NCBI GenBank assembly: GCA_964392765.1
Contig: CAYMRF010000001.1
Location: 3,744-67,743 of the forward strand
Direction: 5' to 3'
DNA length: 64,000 nucleotides
Origin: an uncultured Pseudomonadota bacterium
GTDB taxonomy: Bacteria > Babelota > Babeliae > Babelales > Vermiphilaceae
Positions 32,760 through 41,549 of this stretch are shown one piece after another (the stretch's first letter is position 1; each line of letters opens with the position of its first letter). Made by a program: the position numbers and the translations under genes. The notes beneath the pieces are model-generated. The model had not been told where the DNA came from, made no database searches, and saw only the letters and a list, made by a program, of their open reading frames with translations.

Positions 32760-34126
32760 TACAAAAATCATTATTTATTTTCAGGCGTGATCTCAGAGTT
32801 GTTGATAATCTGGGCCTTTTAAAAGCTTTGCAACAAAGCAAAGAGGTAATTACTTGTTTTATTTTTGATCGAGCGCAAGTGGAAGAGAAAAACCCTTATC
32901 GCAGCGCGAATGCAATTCAATTCATGATTGAATCACTTGAAGATTTGCATAATCAGATAAAAAAACGTGGCGGTAAACTCTATTTCTTTTATGGCTCTCC
33001 GGCAGAAGTAGTACATAAACTCATCAAAGAAGAGACTATCGATGCTGTTTTTGTAAATCGAGACTACACGCCCTTTAGCATCAAGCGCGATGAGGCAATC
33101 CAAAAAGTATGCATTCAAAATGATTGCGCATTTATTTCTTGCAATGATCTTTTATTGCATGAGCCAGAAGAAATTTTAACCGGCAACGGTACACCCTATT
33201 CAATCTTTACTGCTTTCTATAAACGAGCATTGCACTTACCCGTTGCAACACCACAATCAAAAATTAATGGTACATTTTATAGCAAGCCGATTAAATCGAG
33301 CTCTGGTGCTGAAATTTTTAAAAAAATTCTTCCTGCATCCAATCCAAAAATCTGGATCCACGGGGGTAGACAAGAAGCGCTTAAAATTCTGAAAAAAATT
33401 GATGCGCTGGAAGATTATTCAAAGACCCGCGATTATCCGGATCTACCCACTTCTTATCTTTCTGCACATTTAAAATTTGGTACCATCTCCATCCGAGAAG
33501 CATATTGGACTATCGCGCAAAAGCTTGGCAAAAATCATCCACTCCTCAAACAGCTTTATTGGCGCGATTTTTTTACCCATGTGGGCTACCATTCTTCATT
33601 TGTATTTGGCCAAGCATTTCACGAGAAATATAATAAGTTGCCCTGGAAGAATGATAAAAAAGAGTTTGAAAAGTGGTGCGAAGGCAAAACCGGTTTTCCT
33701 ATCGTTGATGCAGGCATGCGACAATTAAATGCAACCGGTTGGATGCACAATCGAGTGCGTATGATTGTGGCATCATTCTTAGTAAAAGATTTGCATATCG
33801 ATTGGCGGTGGGGCGAGCAATATTTTGCACAACAGTTAGTTGATTATGATCCTGCCGTAAACAATGGTAACTGGCAATGGTCCGCTTCCACCGGATGCGA
33901 TGCGCAGCCCTATTTTAGAATTTTTAATCCCTGGCTGCAGCAAGTGAAGTTTGATAAGGAGTGCCATTATATAAAACAATGGGTGCCTGAATTAAAAAAC
34001 GTGGATCCTAAAATTATCCATAATTGCTATAAAGAAAAATCGCAAGCAATCAAAAATTATCCGCGACCTATAGTTGATCATGCAAAAGAAAGCGCAAAAG
34101 CAAAATTAATATATAAAAATGTATAA
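32756..34126 (+). CDS. phr: deoxyribodipyrimidine photolyase / cryptochrome family
   Basis: 456 aa. FAD-binding signature TGFPIVDAGMRQL..TGWMHNRVRMIVASFL.KDL...W..G..YF...L.D.D...N.GNWQW. Confidence 0.92.
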   Translation: MIQKSLFIFRRDLRVVDNLGLLKALQQSKEVITCFIFDRAQVEEKNPYRSANAIQFMIESLEDLHNQIKKRGGKLYFFYGSPAEVVHKLIKEETIDAVFVNRDYTPFSIKRDEAIQKVCIQNDCAFISCNDLLLHEPEEILTGNGTPYSIFTAFYKRALHLPVATPQSKINGTFYSKPIKSSSGAEIFKKILPASNPKIWIHGGRQEALKILKKIDALEDYSKTRDYPDLPTSYLSAHLKFGTISIREAYWTIAQKLGKNHPLLKQLYWRDFFTHVGYHSSFVFGQAFHEKYNKLPWKNDKKEFEKWCEGKTGFPIVDAGMRQLNATGWMHNRVRMIVASFLVKDLHIDWRWGEQYFAQQLVDYDPAVNNGNWQWSASTGCDAQPYFRIFNPWLQQVKFDKECHYIKQWVPELKNVDPKIIHNCYKEKSQAIKNYPRPIVDHAKESAKAKLIYKNV

Positions 34127-34204
34127 AACACATTCAAGATCAAAAAGAGTTAGTATTACTTTGATTACGATTAATTATTGGGCAATAAATGTTTTGAGAT
34201 AAGA

Positions 34205-34234
34205 AAAATCCCTCGACAAACATCGAGGGATTTT
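34205..34234. terminator. bidirectional rho-independent terminator between convergent genes
   Basis: ATCCCTCGA-caaaca-TCGAGGGAT, flanked by an A run upstream and a T run downstream, so it reads as hairpin plus U tract on both strands. Confidence 0.7.
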
Positions 34235-34275
34235 ATTTTATTAAAGAAAATTAGAATAGTGCATTAAAGATATTT

Positions 34276-35190
34276 CTATTTAAAAAAGCCAGTTTTTTCG
34301 ATCGCTTTTATAAACGTACTATATAACCATCCACACGCCTGTAACTCTTTATAAGCTGCCTTAGTTGCTTGTGATTCCTCTTGGCCAGAAAAGCGATCGT
34401 TTTCATATAAAAACATCCATTTTTGAGCTTGCCATTCACAACCTATCTTTTTGCGAAATTCAACGGTTTCAGGGTTATGCTGTTCCGCCTCTTCTATACC
34501 TATAAGATTTTCTTTTATTTTTTTGGAAATATAAAATTTTTGATACTTTTTTTTGCACTGAGTATACGCCTTTCCCGCACGAATCATTCGGGAGCGTAGT
34601 TGTTCTGTAAATTCTATTGGACGATTGTATTGCAAGGAGCTCAAGAACTGTGAAGTTGCCCGATCCTGACTCTGCATTAGGCAATTACATATTTTATTTT
34701 GCGCTTCAAGCGATGCGTCATCTTCTATTTGTTTCAAGCGATGAATATTGAGCCCATTATTATCATATGGCTTTGCACAATCCAAATAGTTCATAAATTC
34801 TTCACGCGTTCCTGTTGAATGCATAAATTTAGAATGAAAATCCCCACATTTTTCTTTTTTGTGCTCTTCAATCATTAAGTCCAAAAGGCGCGCTTTATCT
34901 TGATATGGCTTTACGCATGATCGATGCTTTGATCTCATCTCTTTCCACTTTCTCTCATCTCCCTTTAAGTAATGAGAAAGTGCCTCTTCATATAACCCAT
35001 CGCAATCCTGTGTTTTTTTCTGTTTAATTTTTTTAGCCCAAAAGTTTATTTCATCATTTTTTAAATTTTCGGCGGAGATTTCTTCACAATCTCTCTGCGC
35101 AAACTCATCTTCCATTGCAGGAGCACTGCAGGACGCAGATACCGCAAAAGCAATAAAAATGACGCCAAGCAAATTTAACACCCTTTTCAT
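34276..35190 (-). CDS. hypothetical secreted cysteine-rich protein
   Basis: Signal peptide MKRVLNLLGVIFIAFAVSASCSAPA. Recurring C.KPY(Q/D) segments. Confidence 0.55.
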   Translation of the reverse strand: MKRVLNLLGVIFIAFAVSASCSAPAMEDEFAQRDCEEISAENLKNDEINFWAKKIKQKKTQDCDGLYEEALSHYLKGDERKWKEMRSKHRSCVKPYQDKARLLDLMIEEHKKEKCGDFHSKFMHSTGTREEFMNYLDCAKPYDNNGLNIHRLKQIEDDASLEAQNKICNCLMQSQDRATSQFLSSLQYNRPIEFTEQLRSRMIRAGKAYTQCKKKYQKFYISKKIKENLIGIEEAEQHNPETVEFRKKIGCEWQAQKWMFLYENDRFSGQEESQATKAAYKELQACGWLYSTFIKAIEKTGFFK

Positions 35191-35378
35191 AAAAACCTCC
35201 TTAAAAGACGTACGGCAACCAGTAAAATATTACTAATATTCAATATGCCAGCATGGTCAAAAAAAGCAAGAAAAATGGCCAAAACAGGGTTTCTTCTGCG
35301 CTATTCGTTACAAATAGAAACATCAAAGCCTATCGTGACGAATAGGTCCGGCGATGGAATGTTTTCTTACAGAAAATT

Positions 35379-36467
35379 CTACTTTAAAGATTCAGCATTC
35401 TGCCTTGCTACAGCAAGTAAATGTCGGCCAGCCGCAGCGTATTCAGGAATATGAGGCAAATTAAGTTTTTTATACAATGCATGGCTAAAATTTTGATAAT
35501 CAGCCGCATCCTGCGCATCATCACACATATAGCCAATATGGCAAGATTTTTTAAGCTCTAAAAGATAGACCTCTTTATGCCCACTTTCAACTAACTTTTT
35601 AACCAACTCCCTGGTGCACGCTGCAGGAACATGTTTATCCATTAATGAAGTGATAAATGCAACCGGAATATGTTTTGGAAAATCCTCAACCACTTTAATG
35701 GGCGCAATGCCATCTCTTTCATGCGCAATTACTTTTGAAGCAACTGTGTGAAGTGCATCTACGCAAACATCATGCTTTAAAAGCCATGGATGGCGCTCGC
35801 GCATTGTATGTTCCACACTATCAAAACATCCTTCCAGCTGAATCAGTTTAGTATTTTTTAGCTGAGAAGGATTTTCTTTATTCAAACGTGCGGCAGCAAT
35901 AAAAGTAGTTGTCGCGCCGCGCGAAACTCCCATTAAAATAGTATCTGCATCCAGATGCTCAGCCAGCAAAGAATTAAATCGGGCACGATGACTCGCTAAA
36001 TCACCCTCTTGGGCAATATTGATCTGAGAGACCGCCAATGAATGAGATGCTATGGTATGAGTTAATTTCTTAGAATCTTGCCGGCTTACCACAGTGATTC
36101 CCGAAAGCCGATTTCCAAAACCTGTAGCAATTTCATGACTGCGTTGCCATATATTATAAAGAAATGCTTTGGGTTGCAGCATGAGCGAATTCCAGTCTCT
36201 TTGAGTTGGCGCAGGCACCACTTCATCAATCTCCGGTTTCACCCAAATTTGGTTAATAATATCAATAGACTTACTGCAAACCACATGCTCACCAGTAGTT
36301 GGCGATATAAATCCACGTTGACCGGTATATTTTGCGCCTTGTGTTTGAGAATTATTCATTCCTTGGTAATAAACAGTAAACACTTTTTTAAATCCAGGAT
36401 GAATCCATTCTTCCCCAGGCAATAAAGATGAGAATGCTACAAGTGCGAAAAATATTTTGCGTTTCAT
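35379..36467 (-). CDS. secreted alpha/beta-hydrolase-fold protein (putative)
   Basis: Start at MKRKIFFALVAFSSLLPG. Nucleophile-elbow-like GVSRGA. Candidate Asp/His positions downstream. Confidence 0.5.
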   Translation of the reverse strand: MKRKIFFALVAFSSLLPGEEWIHPGFKKVFTVYYQGMNNSQTQGAKYTGQRGFISPTTGEHVVCSKSIDIINQIWVKPEIDEVVPAPTQRDWNSLMLQPKAFLYNIWQRSHEIATGFGNRLSGITVVSRQDSKKLTHTIASHSLAVSQINIAQEGDLASHRARFNSLLAEHLDADTILMGVSRGATTTFIAAARLNKENPSQLKNTKLIQLEGCFDSVEHTMRERHPWLLKHDVCVDALHTVASKVIAHERDGIAPIKVVEDFPKHIPVAFITSLMDKHVPAACTRELVKKLVESGHKEVYLLELKKSCHIGYMCDDAQDAADYQNFSHALYKKLNLPHIPEYAAAGRHLLAVARQNAESLK

Positions 36468-36671
36468 AGAGCTCCGGAGCAACCAATTTTAATCAATTTA
36501 AACAAGATCTATCATACAATAAATCAAAAACTTTTCAATTTACCATTAAACTCGCAGAGCAAAATTGCTCAAAAACTATTCAAGCCGTTGCACATGCAAG
36601 CAACAAACTTTGCGCTTTTATAAATTCATATTAGGCTAAGCTTGTTGCATTTTTACTAAAGGAGAGTTTTC

Positions 36672-37247
36672 ATGATTTTAAGCAAAAATAGAGTATTATT
36701 TGGATTCTTAACGGCTTTAGCTCTTGGCTTTGCCTGCGGCTATCTTTTTTCTTCAAGATTCTGTTCAATTTCAATCGGCAGACGTGTTGAAAAAATAAGC
36801 AGCCTTAATCAAACGCTGCGCAATCTTTTTACTTTACGTACTTTTTATAACGCTGAACTTGTTGCCGCAAAAAACTGGAATAACTCAGATGCACAAATTG
36901 CGCAAAATCGTTTAACAAACGTTAACGAGCAGATCAGCAATATTATAGCACAGTATTATGATAGAAGAGCCGCAACTCAACTGCTTCAAGGATTTGAGGG
37001 TGAAATTGATTCGCAACAATTTGCAACATTACTTGCACAACTTAATCCCACATGGGCCACTTCCACTCAAAGCATTCAAGAAAATTTAAACTCCGAAAAA
37101 GAGTTGAACGCAAAACTTCAAAATGCATTTGCCAATAAAAACAGACAACAAGTTTTCGATTTATTTGAAAAAGATTTAACTCGCGCGATGGAATTTGCTG
37201 ATGAGCTAGATCGAGGAATTACACAGCAATTTCCGCACAAATTTTAA
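36672..37247 (+). CDS. hypothetical membrane-anchored protein
   Basis: N-terminal TM segment VLFGFLTALALGFACGYLF followed by a helical domain. Confidence 0.5.
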   Translation: MILSKNRVLFGFLTALALGFACGYLFSSRFCSISIGRRVEKISSLNQTLRNLFTLRTFYNAELVAAKNWNNSDAQIAQNRLTNVNEQISNIIAQYYDRRAATQLLQGFEGEIDSQQFATLLAQLNPTWATSTQSIQENLNSEKELNAKLQNAFANKNRQQVFDLFEKDLTRAMEFADELDRGITQQFPHKF

Positions 37248-37323
37248 GGTTACTATTTGACAACCTGTGCAGAAAACCTTAATTTACTAAGGAATTCCAA
37301 TCTTTTTCCAAGGGCAACACCAT

Positions 37324-38046
37324 ATGAATTTTACTCGTACTATTTTTTTATTTGTTTTAATGAGTTCAAGCGTAACTTTTTTTGGTTCTGAAACACCACC
37401 AACACCGACGCAAGCTCTATTAAAAAGAAGTGGCTCATTAATAATTCCAAAAGTTTCTTTTTCTGACAGCCCTGACTCAAATAGCTTTGATAGCCGCAAC
37501 AGCGCCTTAAGCCTTATAGGTTCTCCAATAAAGCTAAAGTCAGGTTCATCAGAAGCAAGTCCGCGATCAGTACTCTCTTCCAGAAAAAACGATGAAATGG
37601 CATTAAGCAGCGCTGCTGGCTCTCGCGCAAAACAAACTCACTCTGGAGAAACATCCCCATCCGGTTCTCCTTCTCGAAGAAATTTGTTGCTTGTAGAAAT
37701 CAAGGCCGGCCTCACTATGTTGGAAGAAATGGAAATAGATCAGCATCCTATCTTTATTAATAATCTTCAAAAAAAGCTTACTGAGTATGCGACAGCCGCT
37801 CAAGAAGAAGCCTCTTATAAAATTTTTCTTACCGAATGCAAAAGAAAAGCTGAAGAAAAATATGCTAAAGAAGAAGCTGAAAAAAGAGCTCGCAAAGAAT
37901 ACGAAAGAGCCACACTGTGGTATGATTTCCCGTCGGGCTCTGGCAACAAAGTGTGCACCATGGCAGAATTAAGAAAAGAAGAGAAAGAATATTTTAAAAA
38001 AATTAAAGAGCAATCTGCAGCAATCCTGCATTCTGATTGCCCGTAA
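37324..38046 (+). CDS. hypothetical secreted protein, Ser-rich region plus charged coiled coil
   Basis: Signal peptide MNFTRTIFLFVLMSSSVTFFG. Ser/Pro-rich disordered middle and a KAEEKYAKEEAEKRARKEYE tail. Confidence 0.5.
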   Translation: MNFTRTIFLFVLMSSSVTFFGSETPPTPTQALLKRSGSLIIPKVSFSDSPDSNSFDSRNSALSLIGSPIKLKSGSSEASPRSVLSSRKNDEMALSSAAGSRAKQTHSGETSPSGSPSRRNLLLVEIKAGLTMLEEMEIDQHPIFINNLQKKLTEYATAAQEEASYKIFLTECKRKAEEKYAKEEAEKRARKEYERATLWYDFPSGSGNKVCTMAELRKEEKEYFKKIKEQSAAILHSDCP

Positions 38047-38836
38047 TTGATATCAATTTATCTTTGATCATCAGATCAACAATTTTAGAAACTCTCTCTG
38101 GCTCTTTTTGAAGCTGATCAATAAGAGAATCATAAGAAATTGGGGTATCATGTTGAGTTAAAATTCTCAAGATCATGCCCCTAATTTGCCTATCAGACCC
38201 TTCAAATTTACTTTGCTTTGTATGATGCTTACTTTTTCTACTTGGGTTCACTATCGTCTTTTTTAGCATCACGCCATAATCCATTAATGCATAATACCAA
38301 TCACGCGCATGCTCTTGATCTAAAGCAGCCTGCACTAATGACATTATTTCATTATCATGCACATCATCACGACCATGAAAAAAGAAATGGATAAACACTG
38401 CGCGAATATTGGTCTCAATAAAAATAGTAGGATTATTGAATGCAAATGCGCAGATTGATGCTGCCGTTGCTTTACCAATTCCTGGAAGTGTAACCAAAAT
38501 GTCTGGATCATTTGGCAATTGCCCAGCATGCTCTTGCACAATAGTTTGAGCAGCACGCTGCAAATACATGCCACGCCGATTATATCCCATGCCTTGCCAT
38601 TGCAAAAGAACGTCTTTTAATGATGCATTTGCTAATGCTTCAAAAGAAGGAAATGCCGCTAAGAATTGAGGATATTTTATTGCAACGCGAGCTGTTTGCG
38701 TTTGCTGCAACATTACTTCGGAAATAAAAATTTTATAGGGATCATCTGCATGGCGCCACTCAAAGAGGCGACCATGTGCCGCATAATATTTCCAGATTAT
38801 TGTATTGAAATCAGAGATCGAGATTTTTTCTTGCAT
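38003..38836 (-). CDS. HhH-GPD base-excision DNA glycosylase, MutY-like N-terminal domain without Fe-S cysteines or a NUDIX domain
   Basis: SEVMLQQTQ, WQGMGYNRRG and the HhH motif LPGIGKATAASICAFAF. 277 aa with one Cys in total. Confidence 0.7.
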   Translation of the reverse strand: MQEKISISDFNTIIWKYYAAHGRLFEWRHADDPYKIFISEVMLQQTQTARVAIKYPQFLAAFPSFEALANASLKDVLLQWQGMGYNRRGMYLQRAAQTIVQEHAGQLPNDPDILVTLPGIGKATAASICAFAFNNPTIFIETNIRAVFIHFFFHGRDDVHDNEIMSLVQAALDQEHARDWYYALMDYGVMLKKTIVNPSRKSKHHTKQSKFEGSDRQIRGMILRILTQHDTPISYDSLIDQLQKEPERVSKIVDLMIKDKLISITGNQNAGLLQIAL

Positions 38837-39429
38837 TTTTCTTGCTGTTCTTTTTCTTTAAGACGCATTATTTGGCCTGCGAGCATACTAGAAGATTTTA
38901 CTGGACTGATGGCTGCTGGTGCTGGTGGTGGAGTGTGCACTGGACTGATGGGTGCTGGTGGTGGAGTGAGCAATGGCTTCTTCTTTTCATCTTCTTCTTC
39001 CGAATCCTTGTCTGGAACAAAATATATTTGTCCGTCTGCTAGGACAATAAATTTTATAGGTCCTTGGGACTCTGATCTTGCATTGAGCAACAACTCCTGT
39101 TCCTTACCAAGACATCCATCATTAAATAATTTCGATTTTTCTAAGCGACTTTTAATTTCATTTTCAGTCAATCTTTCATTCAAGTGTATTAGTAATTTAT
39201 CATTGCGAACAACTCCAAACAAAAAATCATTTTTAAAGATTTCAGCAATGATTCGATAAATCTCATTCAATGGATTAACCGGCTTTGTTTCTACCGGAAC
39301 GGAACTAGCTGGCTTTATTATTTTTACCGGAAATACCCAATAAGCCTTCTCCCAAGCAGCCTTTTGCATTGAAGTAATACTATTAACACTAAAAATTAAT
39401 ACCGTACACAATAATAGTTGCTTTTTCAT
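38797..39429 (-). CDS. hypothetical secreted protein with a proline-rich tandem repeat
   Basis: Start at MKKQLLLCTVLIFSVNSITS (39429). TPPPAPISPVHTPPPAPAAISPV is encoded by a direct DNA repeat at about 38895..38972. Confidence 0.55.
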   Translation of the reverse strand: MKKQLLLCTVLIFSVNSITSMQKAAWEKAYWVFPVKIIKPASSVPVETKPVNPLNEIYRIIAEIFKNDFLFGVVRNDKLLIHLNERLTENEIKSRLEKSKLFNDGCLGKEQELLLNARSESQGPIKFIVLADGQIYFVPDKDSEEEDEKKKPLLTPPPAPISPVHTPPPAPAAISPVKSSSMLAGQIMRLKEKEQQEKCKKKSRSLISIQ

Positions 39430-39430
39430 G

Positions 39431-39862
39431 TTATTCACCATACGTTGCCTTATAATCTTGCACATATTCGCGCATGCGTTCGCTCATAGTGTTTGGATTT
39501 TGATCAAGAAACTCTGGGTGATCTGAATCTGGACTAAGAATCTGAATCGGGATAAGCGCAACCTTATCAGCCCATGGTTGATCTTGAATATTTGTTAAAA
39601 TTTCTTTTTTTGAGGCATTGGCACACGTGGTTACTGTACCTTTATCAAATGAGCCTTGTTTATCAATCAACACACCACTAAGCTTAAGCCTTAAAGCATT
39701 CATAATGGGTTTTTTGCTTGAAGCTTTCACCTTTTTTATCTCGATATAGTAGGGCGTATAGTCTTCAGCTTTGGTTGCGGGCATTACTTCTACTTTTCTT
39801 TTTCTGGCCATGGGAATAACGGCCACTGAAATCAAACAGAACAAAAATAATAATCTTTTCAT
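39431..39862 (-). CDS. small secreted protein, MSERMREYV.DYKATYGE family
   Basis: Start at MKRLLFLFCLISVAVIP. The C-terminus PEFLDQNPNTMSERMREYVQDYKATYGE is shared with the next gene. Confidence 0.65.
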   Translation of the reverse strand: MKRLLFLFCLISVAVIPMARKRKVEVMPATKAEDYTPYYIEIKKVKASSKKPIMNALRLKLSGVLIDKQGSFDKGTVTTCANASKKEILTNIQDQPWADKVALIPIQILSPDSDHPEFLDQNPNTMSERMREYVQDYKATYGE

Positions 39863-39863
39863 G

Positions 39864-40259
39864 TTATTCACCATACGTTGCTTTATAATCTTTTACATAT
39901 TCTCGCATTCGCTCACTCATAGTACTTGGATCTTGATCCAGAAAATCCGGCCGCTCTCCTCCCGGCCCTCCGGTCATAAACTCAGGAATCACCTTATAAT
40001 TACTTGCCCAGCTCTCATCACCTTGCAGCCTTTGCAAAATTTCTTTTTTGGGTGAATTAACAATAAGCACTACTTCATTATCGGGGAATTCTCTGATGCT
40101 ATGTTCCAGACTATCAAATTTAAACTTTAAGCGCGCTAAAGCCTCTTGATGTAAATGCCCCTGAGGAAGAGTAACCACAACCTGATACAGCAAATACTCT
40201 TCCATGGAGTAAGAAGCCGATGCTACTGAAAGTAATGCCAAAAATAATAATTTTTTCAT
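39864..40259 (-). CDS. small secreted protein, MSERMREYV.DYKATYGE family
   Basis: MKKLLFLALLSVASASYS signal. C-terminus PDFLDQDPSTMSERMREYVKDYKATYGE. Confidence 0.65.
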   Translation of the reverse strand: MKKLLFLALLSVASASYSMEEYLLYQVVVTLPQGHLHQEALARLKFKFDSLEHSIREFPDNEVVLIVNSPKKEILQRLQGDESWASNYKVIPEFMTGGPGGERPDFLDQDPSTMSERMREYVKDYKATYGE

Positions 40260-40372
40260 CTATTTACCTGCCTGTAGCAATTGTGCCTTATTGTATTCTC
40301 GAATGCTTCCTTCACGAACTCTCTTGAGCCATTCTTGCTGTGCAAGCCGCTCTGTAACGCCAGCAGCGAGCC

Positions 40373-40579
40373 TCAAATAAAATTTGTATCGAGTGCGCCC
40401 TTAGAAACACCATATTCAAATTCATTAAGAAATTCACCAGCAATTTCTTGGCGAACTCTTTCACATTCATCCCAGCTTGCAAATGTTAAACTAACGCGCA
40501 AAGTATCATTTTCGACTGCACTTGAAATAGAGCCCGCTAACATGCAGGCTGCGAATAAAACTCTTTTTATATAATTCAT
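40373..40579 (-). CDS. hypothetical small secreted protein
   Basis: 68 aa. Signal-like MNYIKRVLFAACMLAGSISSA. Confidence 0.4.
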   Translation of the reverse strand: MNYIKRVLFAACMLAGSISSAVENDTLRVSLTFASWDECERVRQEIAGEFLNEFEYGVSKGALDTNFI

Positions 40580-40649
40580 GCATATCCTAAAATATCAGTA
40601 CATAAGCTAAAAACTGCTTTATTTTAATTATATATAAAAGGATTTAGTA

Positions 40650-41549
40650 ATGCATGCAATAAAAATAGCAATCATTGGAGCAGGATCTGTAGGAACCACT
40701 TTGGCATACACATTAATGCAACGCAATCTTCCAGCAGAGATTGATTTAATTGATGTTAATGAAAAGCGATGCAAGGGTGAAATTTTGGATTTGCAGGATG
40801 CTCTGCCATTTTACAAAACATCAACTATAAAATCGGGAGCTCCTACGGATGCAAAAAATGCCGACATAATTATTATTGCCGCTGGAGCACGCCAAGCCAT
40901 TGGGCAATCGCGAATCGAACTTTTACAACAAAATGAAAAAATCATCGCAGATATCATAAAGCAAATAACGCCACTTAAAAAAGATGCCATTCTGATTATG
41001 GTCACCAATCCCGTAGACATTCTCACCATGCAGGCACTCAAGCTCTCAAAATTGCCAGAAACTCAAGTCTTTGGCTCAGGAACTATTTTGGATAGCATGC
41101 GCCTACGAGAGCTTATCGCAGAACATCTAAAACTGTCCCCGCGCTCGATACATGCATATGTTTTAGGAGAGCACGGAGAGTCGCAAGTGCCCGCATGGTC
41201 AATTTCCTCTATCGCAGGAACACCAATACTTGAACATCCAAATTTAGATATAAATATACTCAGTAAACTTTCCCAAGAAGCCCGTAATCGTGTATATGAG
41301 ATTATTTCATGCAAAGGAGCTACTTTTTATGGGGTGGCATCTTGCGTGGCATCAATGATTGAAAATATAATTTTTGACCAAAAAATAATCACCCTGCTTT
41401 CTTGCTGGTCGGAAGAATACCAACTGTGCATGAGCCTTCCTTGCATTCTTGGCAAAACGGGCATTGAAAAACAATTGCTGCTCAAACTCAGCGAGCATGA
41501 GCAGCAACTACTTAAAAGTTCTGCGGAGACGCTAAGAAAAAGTTTATAA
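40650..41549 (+). CDS. ldh: L-lactate dehydrogenase (LDH/MDH superfamily)
   Basis: IAIIGAGSVGTTLAY (NAD binding), AAGARQ...GQSR (the Q at the LDH specificity position), and GEHGESQVPAWS. Confidence 0.85.
   Translation: MHAIKIAIIGAGSVGTTLAYTLMQRNLPAEIDLIDVNEKRCKGEILDLQDALPFYKTSTIKSGAPTDAKNADIIIIAAGARQAIGQSRIELLQQNEKIIADIIKQITPLKKDAILIMVTNPVDILTMQALKLSKLPETQVFGSGTILDSMRLRELIAEHLKLSPRSIHAYVLGEHGESQVPAWSISSIAGTPILEHPNLDINILSKLSQEARNRVYEIISCKGATFYGVASCVASMIENIIFDQKIITLLSCWSEEYQLCMSLPCILGKTGIEKQLLLKLSEHEQQLLKSSAETLRKSL

Noticed and set aside
38666-39259. 197-aa plus-strand ORF antisense to the MutY-like gene and the proline-rich gene
   Set aside because: It has low-complexity glycine and tryptophan runs that mirror the proline-rich repeat on the other strand, and no start context.
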